From assembly GCA_965197475.1 (NCBI GenBank), contig CBDANF010000003.1, positions 736,001-800,000 of the forward strand: a DNA stretch of 64,000 nucleotides. Reading direction: 5' to 3'. The notes under the pieces are model-generated. The model saw nothing but the letters and a program-made list of their open reading frames with translations, was not told the origin of the DNA and ran no database searches. This document shows positions 59,875 through 64,000 of this stretch, piece by piece. Numbering within the stretch: the first letter of the stretch is position 1; the number at the start of each line of letters is the position of its first letter. The translations under genes were made by a program, and so were the position numbers. This stretch comes from Candidatus Poribacteria bacterium. GTDB lineage: Bacteria; Poribacteria; WGA-4E; WGA-3G.

Positions 59875-60597
59875 TCAAAGTTCAGCGATAGTAGTTTCCA
59901 GTTGCCGATAATCATCTATCACTGCATCACTAAGTGTATCGTTTGTTTCTGTTTTATTGAATCCTGCGAACCGAATCGCTTTCATGCCAGCATTCTTCGC
60001 ACCAACAATATCCGTTCGCACAATATCCCCGATATGCACCGCGTCTTCCGGTGTAGCATTTAGCTGCTTCAACGTAGAATAGAATTGCACAACTTCCGGC
60101 TTTGTCCGCTCCGTTTCATCGGAGAACGTGAATGCCGAAAAGTATTGCAAAATTTCGTCACGTTCCATTAGTTGTCGTGCATAGCTGCCCGGTGTCAGTG
60201 CTGAATCTGAGATAATCCCCAGAGGACAAATTTCACTGATCCTTGCCAGCACCGGCTTAATATGCGATATAAGAACAGGAGGAGACGCTAAAAAAGCGTT
60301 GCCGAGACACACAATCAGAGAAGTGATCTCTGTTTCGTCAAGCGTAAGTTCAAGCGTTTCAGCAAACTTTAGCATACATGTTTCTACAGATACGCCATTG
60401 TGTTGATGCCACCGAGACATCACTACCTCATAAGCGTCATCCATTCCAATTTCTATATCAGAAGTTTGGCAAGAATAGCCTTGGTTAATCAAATACTTAT
60501 GGCAATTATCCACACGTATAGCCTGACGTTTCTGCCAGTTTTCAAGCGTATCAGCATAAAGTGTTTGCCAAAAATCGAATGTAATTGCTTTGAACAT
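59875..60597 (-). CDS. HAD-family hydrolase
   Basis: FDFWQTL, TKP, HIGD...DIVGA. Confidence 0.9.
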   Translation of the reverse strand: MFKAITFDFWQTLYADTLENWQKRQAIRVDNCHKYLINQGYSCQTSDIEIGMDDAYEVVMSRWHQHNGVSVETCMLKFAETLELTLDETEITSLIVCLGNAFLASPPVLISHIKPVLARISEICPLGIISDSALTPGSYARQLMERDEILQYFSAFTFSDETERTKPEVVQFYSTLKQLNATPEDAVHIGDIVRTDIVGAKNAGMKAIRFAGFNKTETNDTLSDAVIDDYRQLETTIAEL

Positions 60598-60828
60598 CGC
60601 TTCTCCTATTTTACGCAGATTTCTCTAACCTCGCAAATCATTTTATCCTTTACAAGGTAAGATGTCAAGCGTCAAATGCAGAATACACAGTTTAGGCTAA
60701 CCGAAATCTTATTGAAAAGGTAAACGAAAGAATATATAGGAAGGTTGACCACTGAAGATTATCTTTTATCTCATGGTGTATGTGATGATGTGGTTAGAAC
60801 TATCTTGTGGGATGAGTTTGTAATCAGA

Positions 60829-60897
60829 ATTAACGTTTAGCGGTGTAAACGCAAATAGCACTATTAACGTTTAGTGGTGTAAACGCTAATAACACCT
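60829..60897. repeat. Two tandem 34-bp repeats, each with a CGTTTA-N5-TAAACG palindrome
   Basis: ATTAACGTTTAG(C/T)GGTGTAAACGC(A/T)AATA(G/A)CAC twice. Confidence 0.85.
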
Positions 60898-60907
60898 ATT
60901 CTTTAAT

Positions 60908-60936
60908 TTGACACTGATCTAATAGAATGCTATACT
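60908..60936 (+). promoter_or_regulatory. Near-consensus sigma70 promoter
   Basis: TTGACA-N17-TATACT with extended -10 TG. Confidence 0.75.
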
Positions 60937-61037
60937 AAATTTTATCGTAAAGGTGTGTCAAAATATACGTTGATACTTTCACACAGACATCTACCGTCTA
61001 AATTCTTCTCAGCACTGTAAGCGAAGGATGGAAACAA

Positions 61038-61280
61038 ATGAGACATACAAATACACAGAATCTTAACAGCGACTGGACACCAACGCATTACACCGATAAA
61101 GAAGCCTCCTTGTTAGCGATAATTCAAGAAAATTCACGATTGCCGGAAAAAGATCAGTTGCGCTATCAGCAGCTGTGGCGCAAGTGTGAAAATGAAACCA
61201 TAAGCGATGATGAACTCGCCGAGTATCAGACACTCTTAAGTCAATTGGAAGACGGAAAATTGTTGCCAAACCGCGAATAA
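61038..61280 (+). CDS. Small helical hypothetical protein, possibly truncated
   Basis: EASLLAII..LP...RYQQL..K...ETISDDELAEY pattern seen in small antitoxin-like proteins. Confidence 0.5.
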   Translation: MRHTNTQNLNSDWTPTHYTDKEASLLAIIQENSRLPEKDQLRYQQLWRKCENETISDDELAEYQTLLSQLEDGKLLPNRE

Positions 61281-61733
61281 CTATTGAAGAAATTAAATTT
61301 TGGAGTGATGCTAATGACAAAAGCAACTTGTCCAGTTCAAAAACGCATACGACTCTCAAAAGGAAAACTCAGTCAATTCTTCACGAATGCTTACTGAAGG
61401 CGGATTGACATTGAAATATTAATAATTAATTTTGACTCAGAAGAACTGTAGTACCGCGAAGAATGGAATAAGTTGTGGTATACGGCATTTTGGGAGGTAC
61501 TTAGCATTGATTACGAGGTTGTCACCTCTGCGGAGGAGGTATAAATAGTGTTTTCTGACAAGCGTACTTTCCCAATTTTGCAGAGAAGTGATTTAAAGAG
61601 TTACATCAATTCTGTTTTCACGAAGTTTAGTGGAAAGTTTAGCATCTATTGTTTGTGTACATCATTATGGCACTTATCAGGTTTTGTGCTAACTTTTAAG
61701 TGAACTTTGCATCAGGTTAAGAAAAACAGAAAT

Positions 61734-61763
61734 TTGACAAATAGATTGGTAAATTGGTATAAT
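61734..61763 (+). promoter_or_regulatory. Sigma70-type promoter
   Basis: TTGACA-N18-TATAAT. Confidence 0.6.
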
Positions 61764-61873
61764 ATCTTAAGTCATACAATCTGGAAAACCCAATGCCTGA
61801 TATATGGCAAAGGCAACGTGAATCCAGAAAGTTTCTCCGTTTCCGAATTAGTGGATACGGTAAATCAAGTTTC

Positions 61874-62206
61874 ATGAAAATACCAAACGCCGAACGGGCT
61901 ATTGTGGACATTCGTAAGCTGCGGGATTATTGTCTAAACTTTGAGCATGATGATGGCAAACATAAAGCATACCTGTTTTTCGATGCACTTGGAATTACCG
62001 ATAACGACGCAGAAGAGTTATGCGATGCCTTGTTGGAAGCAATCAAGACACATGATGCACAATTGGGAAAGCGTGATACTTATGGACAACGTTATACAGT
62101 TGATTTTGTGTATGCGTGGAAAAGCAAACAGGCAACAATTCGGAGTGAATGGATTATTGAACAAGGTTCTGACATACCAAGATTGATAACTGCCTATCCA
62201 TTGTAA
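61874..62206 (+). CDS. DUF6883-like toxin-domain protein
   Basis: AIVDIRKLRDYCLN.EH..GKHKA..F, YGQRY, W......PRLITAY; start set at ATG 61874. Confidence 0.75.
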   Translation: MKIPNAERAIVDIRKLRDYCLNFEHDDGKHKAYLFFDALGITDNDAEELCDALLEAIKTHDAQLGKRDTYGQRYTVDFVYAWKSKQATIRSEWIIEQGSDIPRLITAYPL

Positions 62207-62221
62207 ATTCGGAGGAAAACT

Positions 62222-62527
62222 GTGAAAACCAAATTTTCAAATAATGCACATTTCGGGAACTTGCCTGATTACCATCCAGAACAAAGAGATGTGAAGAAAA
62301 TTGAACTTTTTGATGTTGTTGCGCTTACACACGACTTGCCTGAACATAATCTGTGGCGAGGACAAGTCGGGACAGTCGTTGAGATACTTGCAAACGGGGA
62401 TGCCTTTGAAGTTGAATTTAGTGACCGAGATGGACGCACCTACCAATCCCTCGGGTTTCGTGCACCGCAACTAATGGTCCTTCACCACGAACCAATGCAA
62501 AAACCACCAATCCCTATTAGTGAATAA
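62222..62527 (+). CDS. DUF4926 protein (immunity/antitoxin-like)
   Basis: FDVVALTHDLP..NL.RGQVGTVVE....AFEVEF. Confidence 0.85.
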   Translation: MKTKFSNNAHFGNLPDYHPEQRDVKKIELFDVVALTHDLPEHNLWRGQVGTVVEILANGDAFEVEFSDRDGRTYQSLGFRAPQLMVLHHEPMQKPPIPISE

Positions 62528-62638
62528 CTACGCACAAGATAATGTCTACGTTCTCATATCTCTTTACGAATGTTTTGTGGCAATCTAAACGTTGCTGTGA
62601 AATAGTTGACAATTAATGGATAAATTAGAAAAAATACA

Positions 62639-63590
62639 TTGCCAACGAATCTACTTGGAAAATGGATGGTAAGTAATATGAATGAAGTCATTCAAAATCT
62701 AAAAAAAATTGAAGAGTGGGTCGATTTCAATTCACCGCCACCGGATTTTGATACGAATACCGAATTTATGAAATTCGCTGTTGAAATTATGAACCGATGC
62801 TTGTACCTGCTCAAAACGGGAGCAGCTTCGGCACCAGATGCAGAAACAGCTAGCAAAGGGTATGCCAAAAACGAGGCAATAATTGTAGGACACATGGTCC
62901 GACTCACAAAACTGTACGAAGGGGTTCTAATGCATATTTGTAGTCATCATCAAGAATTAGCACATATTTTTTTTCGCCTCATATTTGAAACTGCAATAAG
63001 AATGGAGTACCTCATTACATCAAAATCCCAAAAAAAAATCCTTTCAAAGTTTTATTTTAGCTTCTTACAGACCTGAAAAGGAAATGCTTCAGGACTTGGA
63101 AAATAATGCTAAACAAGGGCAACTAATTCCGATTGAAAAAAGGATGAGAAGGAGTATTATATCCTGGCTTAGAAGTGATGGAATCACCCAAAAAGAATTG
63201 TTCAATAATACCATTTGGAATGTTGACGGTAAGAATTTTCGAGATATTATGAATGTATTTGACCTGGATTCTATGTATTCCTATGGATTCGGAATTGCGA
63301 GCCATCATGTCCACGGTGATTGGTTTGATATTGCAAATTATCATCTTAAACAAGATGGAGACCGATACTACACGCCTGATTTATTCTTTACCGAACCGGA
63401 CCCGAGAGCCGCATGTCCAATCACCGGAATTTGTCTTGATAGTCTTTTGAAATATCTTAAGTGGAATAAATCTGATCCTGATAATATAATAAGTACCATT
63501 GTGGAAAAACTGCGCGACCTTAACCTCACACTTGATGCTGCACATGAAAGCAGGCTTAGCGAAGAATATGATGTTTTATCTGAGGAATAA
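62639..63590 (+). pseudogene. DUF5677-like protein split at an A9 tract
   Basis: R.IFE and Y...SHHVHG motifs; deleting one A at 63030-63038 fuses the two ORFs. Confidence 0.7.
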
Positions 63591-64000
63591 TGCCAATGAC
63601 GGAAACAAACAAAATAGCTAAAAATACAAATACGACATTAGCCAAAAGCGCACTTTACTTTTCGCGAAACTACATCATTCTGACTCTGCTACTTTTAACC
63701 ACCCTCTGTGCAACCGCTGCAGACTACGGCAACGACACAATCCGAACGCTATTACCTTTTGATGCAATCCCAGCTATTACAAAGCCGCAGTTTGTGTCTG
63801 CTACCAAAGCAAAATTAGACGCGGATGCGCCTGTCATTGGTGTAACATTCAATGACGAAAGTCATGCTTACTCACTCTATCTGCTGAACGGACACGAGAT
63901 CGTCAACGACGTAGTCGGCGGAAAGAAAATCGCTACCACATGGTGACCGCTCTGCAGAACGGCTATCGTGTATAGCCGGGAACTTGACGGTAAGACCTAT
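63590..64000 (+). CDS. DUF3179 (seleno)protein, in-frame UGA at 63944, runs off the window
   Basis: DAIPAI..P.F, L..HEIVND; frame stays open past the TGA as PLCRTAIVYSRELDGKTY. Confidence 0.85.
63960..63978 (+). promoter_or_regulatory. Candidate bacterial SECIS hairpin
   Basis: CGGCTAT-CGTGT-ATAGCCG, perfect 7-bp stem starting 13 nt after the UGA. Confidence 0.65.

Noticed and set aside
60829-60897. Possible mini-CRISPR array
   Set aside because: Only two abutting repeats, no spacer, and no cas genes in the window.
61281-61545. Coding-like sequence after the 80-aa ORF
   Set aside because: Several stops and no recognisable family; probably a decayed remnant that cannot be called.

Overview
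Bacterial chromosomal window of about 60 genes with moderate GC. It is most likely from Candidatus Poribacteria or a similar sponge-associated lineage. This is an inference from LamG-like proteins ending in a V..GKL.TTW..K tail, tandem Uma2 genes, a WD40-trypsin fusion and several Gfo/Idh/MocA genes. Housekeeping content: an aroQ-DegT-YkgJ-DUF2156-thiamine pyrophosphokinase-like operon, peptide ABC permeases, tRNA-Asn, a GT9/GT1/GT9 cluster, copA and sugar-acid catabolic genes. A long moaA-sufC-sufB-sufD-grx-sufS-sufU-Rieske-sufT-DUF971-rhodanese Fe-S operon is interleaved with co-oriented accessory genes (WD40 protease, DNA methylase-Mrr fusion, Uma2, MazEF). Two IS elements (IS5-like, IS701-like) and several pseudogenes cluster at 31-39 kb. 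Best observations: (1) a dense modular set of 90-420 bp MITE-like shells carrying interchangeable GTAG-led REP hairpins, with readable target duplications, nesting, and insertions that rewrite a C-terminus or split an RBS from its ATG; (2) a DUF3179 gene with an in-frame UGA in a UxxC motif followed by a SECIS-like hairpin, a probable selenoprotein; (3) a shared C-terminal sorting-like motif on unrelated secreted proteins; (4) a MazE-like antitoxin with duplicated toxin-binding segments and no AbrB domain; (5) a hidden Cys-rich leader ORF and hairpin upstream of a sigma region-4-only gene. No CRISPR array, rRNA or reverse transcriptase was seen. All family calls are by motif recognition; no searches were run.
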